From: a virus
Lineage: Duplodnaviria; Caudoviricetes
Length of the DNA: 48,018 nt
IMG/VR virus record: IMGVR_UViG_3300025158_000002
Span: 1 to 48,018 of that record
Strand: one strand, 5' to 3'
Part shown: positions 9,102 to 18,796 of the stretch, one piece after another
Numbering within the stretch: the stretch's first letter is position 1
Layout of the letters: each line of letters starts with the position of its first letter
Made by a program: the position numbers and the translations under genes
The notes under the pieces: model-generated
The model's input: the letters and a program-made list of their open reading frames with translations, nothing else
Databases searched by the model: none
Told to the model about the DNA's origin: nothing

Positions 9102-10122
9102 TAATATGAAATCTAGCAGAATAGAAGAAGAATTATCCAAGCCGTTCTATCCAGAGGAACTCGAGTGGCGTGTTGGAGAGAAAAAAGAATATAACGGAGA
9201 AGCTAAGATATTGCTTTTCTGCTATGTTTCTAATAGGGCTATAATGAACCGCCTTGATGAAGTAGTAGGCACTATGGGCTGGAAGAATACAGAGCCAACC
9301 TTGCGTGCTGTAAAGAACGAAAAGACTGGATGGATAGACGGAGTAAAGAAGACTTACGATGCTATTCTAAACGGATTTACTACTGGCATATCTATTAAGC
9401 ATAATGGAGAATGGATTACCAAATATGATGGAGCAGAGTTTACTGACTTTGAGCCGTTCAAAGGAGGTCTTTCAAATGCAATGAAAAGAGCTGCAGTTCA
9501 ATGGGGTATCGGCAGATACTTATACGAGCTTGAAAAGACTATGGCTGTCGTTCACTTCTCAGGAGATAATTCTGTAAAAATAGGAAACTCTTGGTTCAAA
9601 TGGTCGCCTCCTATACTTCCTGATTTTGCTATCTTAGGACATAACGAGCCTGCTACTTTAGACCAAAGGCAAGAAATGGCTGACTTCTTTAAAGGCGCTG
9701 ACCAAAAGATGCAGAATTGGATGCTAAAAAATTGGTTTAGCATTAGCAGGGCAAATGCTTATAAAGCTATAATGAACATGAAGCACTCTGACGCTCAATC
9801 AAAGAAAACAGACCTAAAAAAGTTTGAAGCTTATGTTGAAAGTCTTAGCGCAGCTGCTTCTAAAGAACAACTATCAGAAGAGAAGTCAATTCCTGGATTG
9901 CAAACTGCAAAACCAGTAAACGATATTGGCGAACACTCTTCTCAGCCAGAATCTAAAAAGCCTTCTGATGAAAAGAAAGACGTTGAATCTTCCGCAAAAA
10001 AGCCTGCTCAGAAAGAGAATGCAACCGAGCCAAAAGCCGAAGCAAAGAATCCGACCACTGCAATCGAAGCCCAACCAGATCCTTCGATGGATGAACTCTT
10101 CGGCGAACTCGGAATAGGATAG
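9091..10122 (+). CDS. Rad52/Rad22-family single-strand annealing protein (Sak-like)
   Basis: LSKPF...EWRV, YVSNRAIMNRLDEVVG..GW, KGGLSNAMKRAAVQWGIGRYLY; low-complexity C-terminal tail. Confidence 0.9.
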   Translation: MENNNMKSSRIEEELSKPFYPEELEWRVGEKKEYNGEAKILLFCYVSNRAIMNRLDEVVGTMGWKNTEPTLRAVKNEKTGWIDGVKKTYDAILNGFTTGISIKHNGEWITKYDGAEFTDFEPFKGGLSNAMKRAAVQWGIGRYLYELEKTMAVVHFSGDNSVKIGNSWFKWSPPILPDFAILGHNEPATLDQRQEMADFFKGADQKMQNWMLKNWFSISRANAYKAIMNMKHSDAQSKKTDLKKFEAYVESLSAAASKEQLSEEKSIPGLQTAKPVNDIGEHSSQPESKKPSDEKKDVESSAKKPAQKENATEPKAEAKNPTTAIEAQPDPSMDELFGELGIG

Positions 10123-10123
10123 T

Positions 10124-11860
10124 ATGAATATCTCAGTAAAGCAAGCCAGAAAATATAGACACTTCGTATTTGACTTTGAGTACGATAAAGAGAAAGTCTA
10201 TGCCCTAAAAAATATTGCTGGAGTAAAGTTTAACCCTAATAAGAACAACTGGAGTGCTCCGATAGGGCAGGAGTCCTCTTTAGTTCTTCGTAAGCTTATC
10301 GAGTCTGGAATAGCGGAATCTGTAACAGATGAAGTTATACAGACTATTGAGTCTTACAAGACAAAAGAGGACTTCTTTGCAAGTGCATCATCAGCAAAGT
10401 CTGCGAGTCGCGATTTCGTTATTCCAGATCTGGTAAGCACAGATGGGAAGAGATTATATCCATTTCAGAAGGCTGGAGTCGAGTATATGATAAAATCTAA
10501 AAGATGTATAAATGCAGATGACATGGGTCTTGGTAAAACTGCTCAAGTTATAGCTGCTGCATGGACTGCTGGAGTATATCCAATGTTGGTAATATGTCCT
10601 TCTGTTGTAGTAAAAAAATGGAAGAGAGAATTTAACGAATGGACTCCAAGAGTTAAAGTACAGATGCTCGTTGGAAATCTAATAGATACATCTGCCCATG
10701 TTTACGTAATGAACTATGAGCAACTTGGCAAGTATAAGAAAAACCTCATGTCGATGAAGTTTGAAGGTATTGTTGTAGACGAGAGTCACAGAACAAAAAA
10801 TAAGAAGTCTATACGCTTTGAGAACGTTTACGACATTGCGAAAGATAAGCAGTTTATATTTTTATTGTCTGGAACTATTATAGAAAATAAGCCAGAAGAT
10901 CTTATTCCTCAGTTGAAGATACTTGATAGGCTATCTGACTTTGGCGGAGTCACATCATTCTTGAAAAAGTATTGCGATATGAAGTTTACTGAATACGGAA
11001 TGAAAACAGATGGAGCAAAGAATCTTAAGCTATTGAATGAAAGACTTCGTGCTATTTGCATGGTACGAAGAACTAAGAAAGATGTAGCTAAGGAGTTAAA
11101 AGGCAAGTCTATTCCGCAGGTTATAAAAATGGACATAACAACAAGAGACGAGTATTCTGAAGCTGAGAGAAATCCAGTAAAATGGCTATTTGAAAAGAAC
11201 AAGAATAAACGCACTAATCTTGCTGTTTCTGACCTATTTGACGGAACTAAAGACGAGAATGTTGCCCCTGAAAGAGACGAGATGATTCTCGAGTTTATCA
11301 ACGCTTTGAAATACGTTTCTGCAATGGGAAAACTTAAAAGCATTTACGCTTGGATAGAAGAGATGGCTAAACGAAAAAAAAGCGAAAAGTTTGTAATCTT
11401 CTCAGGCATAATAGATGTTCAATACGCCTTAAAGAAGCATTTTGGATGCCTTTCGATACTTGGCGAAGATTCAAATGACAGAAGAGATACTGTAAACTTG
11501 ATGTTTGAAAAAAATCATGCGCCTACTAATATTCGTGACAGAATAATAGTGTGCAGTCTTAAAGCTGCAAACTTCGGGATAAACTTAGTATCTGCAAATA
11601 ATGTAATATTTACAGATTTTGGCTGGACGTCAACAATACACGACCAAGCCGAAGATAGATGCAACAGACTCGGTCAACAGAAGTTTACTAACTGCTATTA
11701 TGCAATAGGTAAAGACTCTATTGACGAAGACCTTTTTGCTTTGATACAGAAGAAAAAAAACATAGTATCTCAAGTTCACGATGGCGTAGAGATAGAAGAA
11801 GAAAACTATTCTGTTCTTGACGAACTTAAAACAATAATTGCAACAAGATACAATATTTAA
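10124..11860 (+). CDS. SNF2-family (SMARCAL1/HARP-like) helicase
   Basis: LYPFQK, DDMGLGKT, DESH, LSGT, QAEDRCNRLGQ. Confidence 0.92.
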   Translation: MNISVKQARKYRHFVFDFEYDKEKVYALKNIAGVKFNPNKNNWSAPIGQESSLVLRKLIESGIAESVTDEVIQTIESYKTKEDFFASASSAKSASRDFVIPDLVSTDGKRLYPFQKAGVEYMIKSKRCINADDMGLGKTAQVIAAAWTAGVYPMLVICPSVVVKKWKREFNEWTPRVKVQMLVGNLIDTSAHVYVMNYEQLGKYKKNLMSMKFEGIVVDESHRTKNKKSIRFENVYDIAKDKQFIFLLSGTIIENKPEDLIPQLKILDRLSDFGGVTSFLKKYCDMKFTEYGMKTDGAKNLKLLNERLRAICMVRRTKKDVAKELKGKSIPQVIKMDITTRDEYSEAERNPVKWLFEKNKNKRTNLAVSDLFDGTKDENVAPERDEMILEFINALKYVSAMGKLKSIYAWIEEMAKRKKSEKFVIFSGIIDVQYALKKHFGCLSILGEDSNDRRDTVNLMFEKNHAPTNIRDRIIVCSLKAANFGINLVSANNVIFTDFGWTSTIHDQAEDRCNRLGQQKFTNCYYAIGKDSIDEDLFALIQKKKNIVSQVHDGVEIEEENYSVLDELKTIIATRYNI

Positions 11861-11863
11861 CTT

Positions 11864-12964
11864 ATGAGTTTAAACCAGAAGCTATTGCCCTTCGAAAGAG
11901 CAGCTGTACTCCGAGCTTTCGGGTATAACATAAAAGGCTCTTCTGGAGAAATCTATAACATAAGAAACAAAGCCTATCGAGATAGAAAGCCAAGCTTGTG
12001 CATAAATCTTGATAATGGACTATGTAACGACTTTGGAGACGCAAACTTTTCTGGCGATATAATAAAACTTCTAATAAATCAAATGGGATTGTCTTTTAAA
12101 GATATTGCCATTCGTATAGAAGAAATAATCGGAAGAAATCTAAGCGAAGCTCCAGTGTTTGAAGACACTTCAAGGAATGTTAAAAAAGAGCCGTTTTATA
12201 ACGAGTTTACAATGAGACATACAAAGAAGATGAATGAAAAGCTAAGAGAAGCCTCAGATTCTGTTGTTGACTATACTTTCTGGTATGATGGAATAGTTAG
12301 TAAAAATACACTTCTTAGATATGGATGCGGACTGTATTCGTATCAAGATTATGATTTAGGAAGATCTGGAAAGTCTTTTCTTATAAATACCTTCCTATCT
12401 ATACCATATAGGACTGGAGTAATGCTATATAGGCGTTCTTCTGAAAAGATAGTAAGACATATAAAAGGAAGTTCTGCTACAGAATCTTTCTTTGGTCATA
12501 GTAAAAAAATGAAGAAGGACAATCTTTTAATCATAGCCAAGTCTCCTAGAGAAGCAATGAGCCTTGCTGAGTATTTGAACTTTAACTATAACGTTTTTGG
12601 AATGAACTCCAATGAACATATAAAAGAAATATCTCAAATACAACAAGATCAAATTGAATCTGTCAAGCATGAAGACTATGCTTTAAACATAAAGCTTCTA
12701 ATAGACTGTGACGATGAATCTTCGTTTATCAAGGCAATGGAAACTGCGACAGTTATCAAGAATAAGCGTAAAGATATTATAGTACACTTGTGTTCTATAC
12801 ATCATGCTTCAGATGGCGAGTCTAAAGATTTTTCAGACTTGTTTCAAAATTCTTTGCCTCCTGATGTTAGCGACAAGATTCAAATATCATCAAATAAGAA
12901 GCTAAATCAAAAGAACTTTGATATATTTAAAAAAGCAATACAAGAACCAATAAAAATAATATAA
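11864..12964 (+). CDS. Primase-like protein (degenerate Zn-binding domain plus TOPRIM-like)
   Basis: RDRKPSLCIN...NDFG...GDII N-terminus, DCD motif, and KDFSD near the C-terminus. Confidence 0.65.
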   Translation: MSLNQKLLPFERAAVLRAFGYNIKGSSGEIYNIRNKAYRDRKPSLCINLDNGLCNDFGDANFSGDIIKLLINQMGLSFKDIAIRIEEIIGRNLSEAPVFEDTSRNVKKEPFYNEFTMRHTKKMNEKLREASDSVVDYTFWYDGIVSKNTLLRYGCGLYSYQDYDLGRSGKSFLINTFLSIPYRTGVMLYRRSSEKIVRHIKGSSATESFFGHSKKMKKDNLLIIAKSPREAMSLAEYLNFNYNVFGMNSNEHIKEISQIQQDQIESVKHEDYALNIKLLIDCDDESSFIKAMETATVIKNKRKDIIVHLCSIHHASDGESKDFSDLFQNSLPPDVSDKIQISSNKKLNQKNFDIFKKAIQEPIKII

Positions 12965-12966
12965 AT

Positions 12967-13431
12967 ATGGAAGATTTATTAAGCAAAGAGCAAATGGAAA
13001 AAATTGAAGATTTCTTTTCAACACTATGCGAAGAGATATATAGAGACAACTTCGATAGAGGATTCTATGACGAGCCACTTGCGATAGCAGAAAACCTAGT
13101 TGGAGCAAGCGACAATATCAGGAGATACTTCGAGGATATGATTAATGTAAAATCACTCGCACTTGCGTCTGGAGAGATAAGTGAAGCTATCGAAGCTATA
13201 AGAAAAGGAAAGACTTGCAAGACTCAAGTAGGATTCGTATTTGAAAACCAAGAGAACTTTAAACAGTTTTTTGAGCAGTTTTATAAAGACACATTAGAAG
13301 ATGAAATATCAGATGCAATAATAAGACTTTTAGATTTTGCTGGAAGAAATGAGATTAATATCGGAGCTCATATTTACTTAAAATTAATGTACAACTTGGA
13401 AAGAGGTTATAAGCATGGAAAAAACTTCTAA
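12967..13431 (+). CDS. MazG-like NTP pyrophosphohydrolase
   Basis: LALASGEISEAIEAIRKG...EDEISDAIIRLLD...KLMYN..RGYKHGK. Confidence 0.85.
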   Translation: MEDLLSKEQMEKIEDFFSTLCEEIYRDNFDRGFYDEPLAIAENLVGASDNIRRYFEDMINVKSLALASGEISEAIEAIRKGKTCKTQVGFVFENQENFKQFFEQFYKDTLEDEISDAIIRLLDFAGRNEINIGAHIYLKLMYNLERGYKHGKNF

Positions 13432-13804
13432 TACAATCGGAGAATGGATTAAGAATATTAGAATAAACAAACTCAATATCTCTGCTGCAAAGTATTCTAA
13501 GATTATCGGAGTTGACTATCAGACAATATACAACTACGAATCTGGAAAGTTTAATCCAAGTGACAAAGTTCTTATTGGCATAGCAAGGTCAATCGGGATT
13601 GATATAACAGACGATATAGAACTCGGAGTGTTTATGACATTTACAAGATTTATGTCAATAAAAACTACTCTTCCTGTCAATATGCAAGACTTAGCCATTA
13701 GAGGCTTGTTTGGCGTATCAATAGGAAGCAGAAGGTTAAATGAGGTTGACGAAGTTGATATAAAGAAAATATCAGACTATATGAAAGCAAGTATGCAAAG
13801 ATGA
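13415..13804 (+). CDS. XRE-family HTH transcriptional regulator
   Basis: IGEWIKNIR...IGVDYQTIYNYESGKFNPS. Confidence 0.85.
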   Translation: MEKTSNTIGEWIKNIRINKLNISAAKYSKIIGVDYQTIYNYESGKFNPSDKVLIGIARSIGIDITDDIELGVFMTFTRFMSIKTTLPVNMQDLAIRGLFGVSIGSRRLNEVDEVDIKKISDYMKASMQR

Positions 13805-14718
13805 AGCAGATAGAACTCGAAGGATATAAGTCTCACAAAACAGAGTTTGGAGTATATTATCTTGGAGACAATGTCGAAATGATGAAAAAGTTTACAGATA
13901 ATTACTTCGACATAGCGGTTGTAGACCCTCCGTATGGTATAGGCGAGGATGGAGCAAAAAACCATTCTCGTGGAGCCAAGACTGGATTTAAAGGTCAAAA
14001 GACACAATCTCTTGCGCCTTCGAAAAAATACACTCCTAAAGAATGGGATAAAAATATTCCTACTCTTGAGTATTTTCAAGAGTTGAAAAGAATATCAAAG
14101 TATCAAATTATATGGGGAGGCAATTATTATTTGTCTCTATGCGAAGAAGAATCTGAACCTTCTCAATATATCTTTGGAGATCCAGTTTACGATACTATCC
14201 CAGTATTGGGTGCAACATCATGCTGGATAGTATGGGATAAACAAAACGAAGGTAACGACTTTGCAGACTGCGAATTAGCTTGGACTAATTTTAAATGTGC
14301 AGTAAGAAAATACTCCTATAAATGGAACGGTATGCTTCAGAAGGATATGAAAAACAAAGAAGTTAGATTGCATCCTACACAGAAGCCTATTGACCTTTAT
14401 AGATTTATAGCTGAGAAGTTTATAATAAAAGAAGGAAAGAAGTCAGTAAAGCCACACGAAGGACAGACTCTTATAAAGAGAGTTCTTGACACAAACGTAG
14501 GTTCTGCTTCAAGCATTATAGGATATATAACGGAAGCTATATATTATAAAGCTAATTTTAATATCTCGATAGAATATGTCGGGATGGAGATAGACGAAGA
14601 ATACTTCGGTCTTTCATGCCAAAGGATTGATAATGAAAAGTACGGCAAAGGCTCGGTACTAAGAAACGACTCAACAAAAGAACTTGACAAACATGGACAC
14701 CAAGCTGGATTATTTTAG
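13801..14718 (+). CDS. N6-adenine/N4-cytosine DNA methyltransferase (beta class), orphan
   Basis: DPPY, IIWGGNY, IVWDK, HPTQKP, LDTNVGSAS, GMEIDEEYF. Confidence 0.92.
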   Translation: MKQIELEGYKSHKTEFGVYYLGDNVEMMKKFTDNYFDIAVVDPPYGIGEDGAKNHSRGAKTGFKGQKTQSLAPSKKYTPKEWDKNIPTLEYFQELKRISKYQIIWGGNYYLSLCEEESEPSQYIFGDPVYDTIPVLGATSCWIVWDKQNEGNDFADCELAWTNFKCAVRKYSYKWNGMLQKDMKNKEVRLHPTQKPIDLYRFIAEKFIIKEGKKSVKPHEGQTLIKRVLDTNVGSASSIIGYITEAIYYKANFNISIEYVGMEIDEEYFGLSCQRIDNEKYGKGSVLRNDSTKELDKHGHQAGLF

Positions 14719-15064
14719 AAACCAAACTGCAAAATGCGGATACTTTATGGAAGATGCCAAATGGTATCAGGAGGTCAATATGCTATACAATGCAGAAGGC
14801 ACAGATTGCTATAAAGTTTATAATGAAGACTTTAAAGCTGTTGTTACAGTAAAAGAAAAAGAAGTCTGCGTAATGGCTTTATACTTTTTTCTCAACGAGG
14901 AGACTCTTAGAGTATTTGTATCTTGTGTAAAAGAGTATGCTATAAAGCACCAGATTAACATAAGATTTATGTCAATTATGGAAGCAGATACTAGAAAATT
15001 ATTCTCCAGAATATCTGGATTTTCACAAGTAAGAAACACATTTGATATAGTATGGAAGTATTAA
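14693..15064 (+). CDS. Hypothetical protein
   Basis: ORF overlapping both neighbours in the operon. Confidence 0.55.
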   Translation: MDTKLDYFRNQTAKCGYFMEDAKWYQEVNMLYNAEGTDCYKVYNEDFKAVVTVKEKEVCVMALYFFLNEETLRVFVSCVKEYAIKHQINIRFMSIMEADTRKLFSRISGFSQVRNTFDIVWKY

Positions 15065-15579
15065 AAAAAACACAAACAGTCTTGTGCCTAGATCTAGGCA
15101 TCAAGACTGGCTATTGCATAGGATATGACAATGGAATTATTCTTGAGTTTGGCACTATAAACTTCTCAATATCTAATCCAAACAAAGAAAGCATACCTTC
15201 AAGATTGCATGAATTTGTAAAAGAAAAGATCGAGACTTTCTCCGTAGACCACGTTTACTATGAGGAGTTAAACTTTTCAACCACTACTTATGCCACACAA
15301 GCTCATGGAGCTTATGCTGCTATGGTTATATTTGCGTGCCAGGTTTTCAAAGTAGAGCATACTGGAGTTGGAGTTAAGGCAATTAAAAAAGCCTTGACAA
15401 ATGACGGGAACGCAAGCAAGATGGCAATGATGCACCATGCTAAAGACTTCTGCGCAAGGCGATTTAAAGCATTCTCATTGAAGATACATGATGATAATAC
15501 AGCAGATGCAATAGGAATTTTTGCCTATGCGTCTGGAGCTGGCTTTAAATTCATTCCCAAGAATGTTAAAAAAAGGTGA
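15052..15579 (+). CDS. ruvC: RuvC-like Holliday junction resolvase
   Basis: LCLDLGIKTGY, YYEE, IKKALTNDGNASK, DDNTADAIGI. Confidence 0.85.
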   Translation: MEVLKKTQTVLCLDLGIKTGYCIGYDNGIILEFGTINFSISNPNKESIPSRLHEFVKEKIETFSVDHVYYEELNFSTTTYATQAHGAYAAMVIFACQVFKVEHTGVGVKAIKKALTNDGNASKMAMMHHAKDFCARRFKAFSLKIHDDNTADAIGIFAYASGAGFKFIPKNVKKR

Positions 15580-15670
15580 ATTTCGATTTTAAGCGCTTAA
15601 AATATAGTTAGGTATATATTATATCAAACTTTTGGTTTTAAGCGTTCTTAGGGCAAATTTGAACGCTATT
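15578..15670 (-). repeat. Dispersed ~85-bp intergenic element, copy B (reverse), upstream of initiator gene
   Basis: Reverse complement AATAGCGTTCAAATTTGCCCTAAGAACGCTTAAAACCAAAAG...TTTTAAGCGCTTAAAATCGAAATTC. Confidence 0.8.
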
Positions 15671-15747
15671 TTTATTTTTAAATAGCATTGTATATACAGT
15701 TTTGATATATATATATTTACATAATCAATTTAAACATACTTACCAAT

Positions 15748-16815
15748 ATGATAAAAGAAGAAGTGATAGAAATCGCACTTGGCGATAATTCAATGAAGAC
15801 ATCTGAAAAAAAACTACTCTTGTTTCTTATAGAAAAGTGTTACGAGCAAATGACAACACATTTAAACCTTGAGGTAGTTTATATTTCGGGTCATACTGAA
15901 TTATCAAGACCTACTGTTTATACAGCTCTTGAAGGATTAAAATTCTTAGGACATATAGAGCAGATTAGAGTATGGAAAGAAATAAACGTCTGCTTTGTAG
16001 AGAAATTATTACAATCTTCCCCTCCTGATGTGGTTGAATTTGGCACAATTAGCTTCGATATGCCAAAAAACACGTGTAAAGAAATTTTACAGAATGGTAG
16101 TTTATCGTGTAAAGAAACTTTACAGAATGATAGTTTGTCATGTAAAAAAACTTTACATAATAGTAAATATTTTGGAAATCTATTTTTTGACCGAATTTTT
16201 ATGAATGTAAAGAAACTTTACACCATAAACGAAGAATGTAAAGAAACTTTACACGATAAAGGCACTATATGTAAAATATCTTTACACTTACATAAATCGC
16301 TTAACCTATTGGTTTTAAACGATTTAGCTAAAAAAAGAGCTGAAAATATGCGATTATTTTCTAAAATTGCCCTAAAAAACTCCTATATATATACTATTAA
16401 TAACTTAAAACTAATAAACTATATAGACTTAATATTTTTTAACGGAACTATAATAGATTTAATTATTTCAATTTCAGAAGGGAATACAGAAAAAAAGAAG
16501 TTTGTTGTAGAATATCGGTACAAAGCAGAAGATGTTCCTGAAAGCCTCCTGAGAATAGACGGCTTTGATGAAGCTTATAAAGATTGGCTAAAGTATCGTA
16601 AGCGCGAGAAAAAAGAGCCAGTTAGCGAAAGTACCGCAAGAGAGGAGCTAGCCTTTTTATCCGAGATGGATAGTCCAATTGACGTTATAAGATTCTCCAT
16701 AAGAGTTTCGGCAAAGTCTTTAATAGATACAAGAAAAGACAACAATAGCAATTTTAACAAATCTTCTCAAACGGAAGATGTTTATGCAGTAACTCACAAA
16801 AGAAGAGTATTATGA
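15748..16815 (+). CDS. Replication initiator (lambda O-like architecture)
   Basis: N-terminal HTH (ISGHTELSRPTVYTALEGL), internal CKETL repeats encoded by iterons, C-terminal WLKYRKREKK; directly upstream of DnaB. Confidence 0.8.
   Translation: MIKEEVIEIALGDNSMKTSEKKLLLFLIEKCYEQMTTHLNLEVVYISGHTELSRPTVYTALEGLKFLGHIEQIRVWKEINVCFVEKLLQSSPPDVVEFGTISFDMPKNTCKEILQNGSLSCKETLQNDSLSCKKTLHNSKYFGNLFFDRIFMNVKKLYTINEECKETLHDKGTICKISLHLHKSLNLLVLNDLAKKRAENMRLFSKIALKNSYIYTINNLKLINYIDLIFFNGTIIDLIISISEGNTEKKKFVVEYRYKAEDVPESLLRIDGFDEAYKDWLKYRKREKKEPVSESTAREELAFLSEMDSPIDVIRFSIRVSAKSLIDTRKDNNSNFNKSSQTEDVYAVTHKRRVL
16075..16286. repeat. Replication origin iterons (ori1): six 17-bp palindromic TGTAAA-N5-TTTACA boxes
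   Basis: Copies at 16075, 16108, 16141, 16206, 16237 and 16270, followed by an IHF-like site (16302-16314) and an AT-rich tract (~16375-16500). Confidence 0.85.
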
Positions 16816-18128
16816 CAAACGGAGATAACATACATTCAGAAGATACAGAAAGAGACATTCTCGGAATATCTCTGAAATCTAGTTATGCAGCTCCGTATAT
16901 ATTTGATTCATGTACACCTGAAGACTTCTACAACCCTATAAGGCACAAGATATTTGCAGTAGCAAAAGCTTTGTACGACAAGACTCGTTCTGTGTCGAGA
17001 GCTGGAGTTGAAGACTTATTTAGGACAAAAGTAAAAGACTACAAGGAATACACATTAGAAATTGATATGTGTACCTTATATTCAAAAATTGATGCGCATG
17101 AAGAAAAGGTAAGAATACTTAAATCTTACACCTTCAGGAGGTCGATATATAATAGGTCAAAAGACTTGATGATATTGTCTGCAGACCCATCAACGCCAGT
17201 CGATGAAGTACTTGCTCGTTCATCAAAATTCTCAGAAGGTCTTTATACTGGATACGAAGAAGTTGGCATAGACCCTACAGAAGTTGGCGAAGAAGACGCT
17301 CTTGAGTTGCTTCATTATGACGTTGATGTTTTCGATAATATCTTCTACAGAATAGGCGGAAGAGCAAGATCTACAACAGAACTTATTTTCGCAAGACCTG
17401 GACAAGGAAAGACTTTCTATATAAAAATGAAAGAAGCTATGCTTGCCTATTGCGGATACAAGGGTCTTAACTTTCACTTAGAAGATACAGTAAACGAAGC
17501 TGCAAAAAGACTAATGGCTTATGATATTGGAGAGAAGGCTAAAAACATAAAGATTATAACGACTCACAAGTATCTTCACGATATAATCCAAGATATAAGA
17601 TACTATCACGCCAAGTTTGGAATAGATTTCTTTTCTGTTGACCACTTGGGAAGAGTGAGAGTTGCTGGATTTGACTCAAGACATAAGCTAGAAGCTCAAA
17701 TAGAAGTTAGTAATAGATTGACAGACTTGTGTAGTGAGTTAAATATATTTGGAATGTTTGCAGTTCAGCCGAATAAGTCTAAAGATAGAGAAGGCTGGAG
17801 GTCAATACTAAGAGAAGAAGATCTAAAAGGAGCTACAGAAGTGTTTGAAGATGCGTTTGTTGTAACAACACTCTTCAGACCTAACGTATATCCAGAGCTT
17901 CGGTCTAAAGATGGGAAACAAGTAAAAGACTTCGAGGGCAATATGGTCTTCTATGATTCTGTATATGTTTCTCAGATTAAAAACAGAAGGCAAAGACTCG
18001 AAGGCGACTTTGTCCATCTTGTTCAACAAGGCAATAAATTAATCTTTGCTAAAGACATTAATAAAAATCCTTCTGAGATTAGAAGCTCAGAAGGATTACC
18101 GTACATTGATGAAGAAGCAGCTTTCTGA
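16812..18128 (+). CDS. dnaB: DnaB-like replicative helicase
   Basis: ERDILG...TPEDFY...HKIF N-domain, Walker A ARPGQGKT, VDHL, AVQPN, DLKGA..FEDA, KNR. Confidence 0.88.
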   Translation: MTNGDNIHSEDTERDILGISLKSSYAAPYIFDSCTPEDFYNPIRHKIFAVAKALYDKTRSVSRAGVEDLFRTKVKDYKEYTLEIDMCTLYSKIDAHEEKVRILKSYTFRRSIYNRSKDLMILSADPSTPVDEVLARSSKFSEGLYTGYEEVGIDPTEVGEEDALELLHYDVDVFDNIFYRIGGRARSTTELIFARPGQGKTFYIKMKEAMLAYCGYKGLNFHLEDTVNEAAKRLMAYDIGEKAKNIKIITTHKYLHDIIQDIRYYHAKFGIDFFSVDHLGRVRVAGFDSRHKLEAQIEVSNRLTDLCSELNIFGMFAVQPNKSKDREGWRSILREEDLKGATEVFEDAFVVTTLFRPNVYPELRSKDGKQVKDFEGNMVFYDSVYVSQIKNRRQRLEGDFVHLVQQGNKLIFAKDINKNPSEIRSSEGLPYIDEEAAF

Positions 18129-18438
18129 TAAAGAAACCAATCTCCAATATATGCTAAAGCGTAAAGAAGGAAGCGTAAAAGGCGTTCCAAAAGAATTTGT
18201 TATACAAGAGTTTAGAAGAGCCATTAATCTTGGCTATTATATACTATTAGAAACAGACAAAAAAGCCCTTCAGCTTCAGCTTTAGGACTGGGTAAGTAGC
18301 AATCCAAATAATTCTCTTCAGAATATATCTGTAAAAGAAGCTATAAAAAACAAATACGAGAATGGAGTTGATTTCTATCTCGTACCAAGAAACAAAACAA
18401 TACACATAAACTCTAAAGGAGTAAATCTATATGGCTAA
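18109..18438 (+). pseudogene. 109-codon gene interrupted by one in-frame TAG (18283-18285): readthrough, nonsense allele or sequence error
   Basis: The frame stays open for 50 codons after the TAG and ends at TAA 18436-18438, overlapping the SSB start. Confidence 0.5.
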
Positions 18439-18796
18439 CGAAGGTCAATCATACGATAACGAAAAAAGAGGAGCAATATTCCCTTCTGAATACAAAAAAG
18501 CTGCGATTGCAAAAGGTCAGCCTAATGCAGATAAACTTCCAGATGGAAGCGGAAGTCTTGTTGTAAATGGAGTCAAATACTATGTTTCATCTTGGACTAA
18601 AACTGGACAAAAAGGAAAATTTATCTCTTTCTCTATCGAATCAGAAGAAGATGCTCAAGCAAGGTCTAGTGCAAAAAAAGGCGGAAACTCTGGTGGATAT
18701 GCTGCCCCAAAAGCAGGAAGCGGAAATCAGCAAGCCACTGCTTCGAAAAAAGCGCCAATCATGCCAGATTTTGAAGACGATGACTTGCCATTCTAA
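18431..18796 (+). CDS. Single-stranded DNA-binding protein-like
   Basis: PDGSG.L.V.G..YYVSSW...G.FISFS core, G/A/K-rich linker, acidic tail DFEDDDLPF. Confidence 0.75.
   Translation: MANEGQSYDNEKRGAIFPSEYKKAAIAKGQPNADKLPDGSGSLVVNGVKYYVSSWTKTGQKGKFISFSIESEEDAQARSSAKKGGNSGGYAAPKAGSGNQQATASKKAPIMPDFEDDDLPF

Noticed and set aside
7100-13431. HD hydrolase plus MazG-like gene as a 2-aminoadenine (DatZ/MazZ/PurZ) system
   Set aside because: No PurZ/PurA-like gene or DNA polymerase was recognised, and the two genes are in different operons.
13415-13804. XRE protein as a CI-type lysogeny repressor
   Set aside because: It lies inside the replication operon, has no peptidase domain or divergent cro partner, and no integrase or partition genes were found.
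18283-18285. Genome-wide TAG reassignment
   Set aside because: Long genes are intact under code 11, and several end in TAG right before the next gene.
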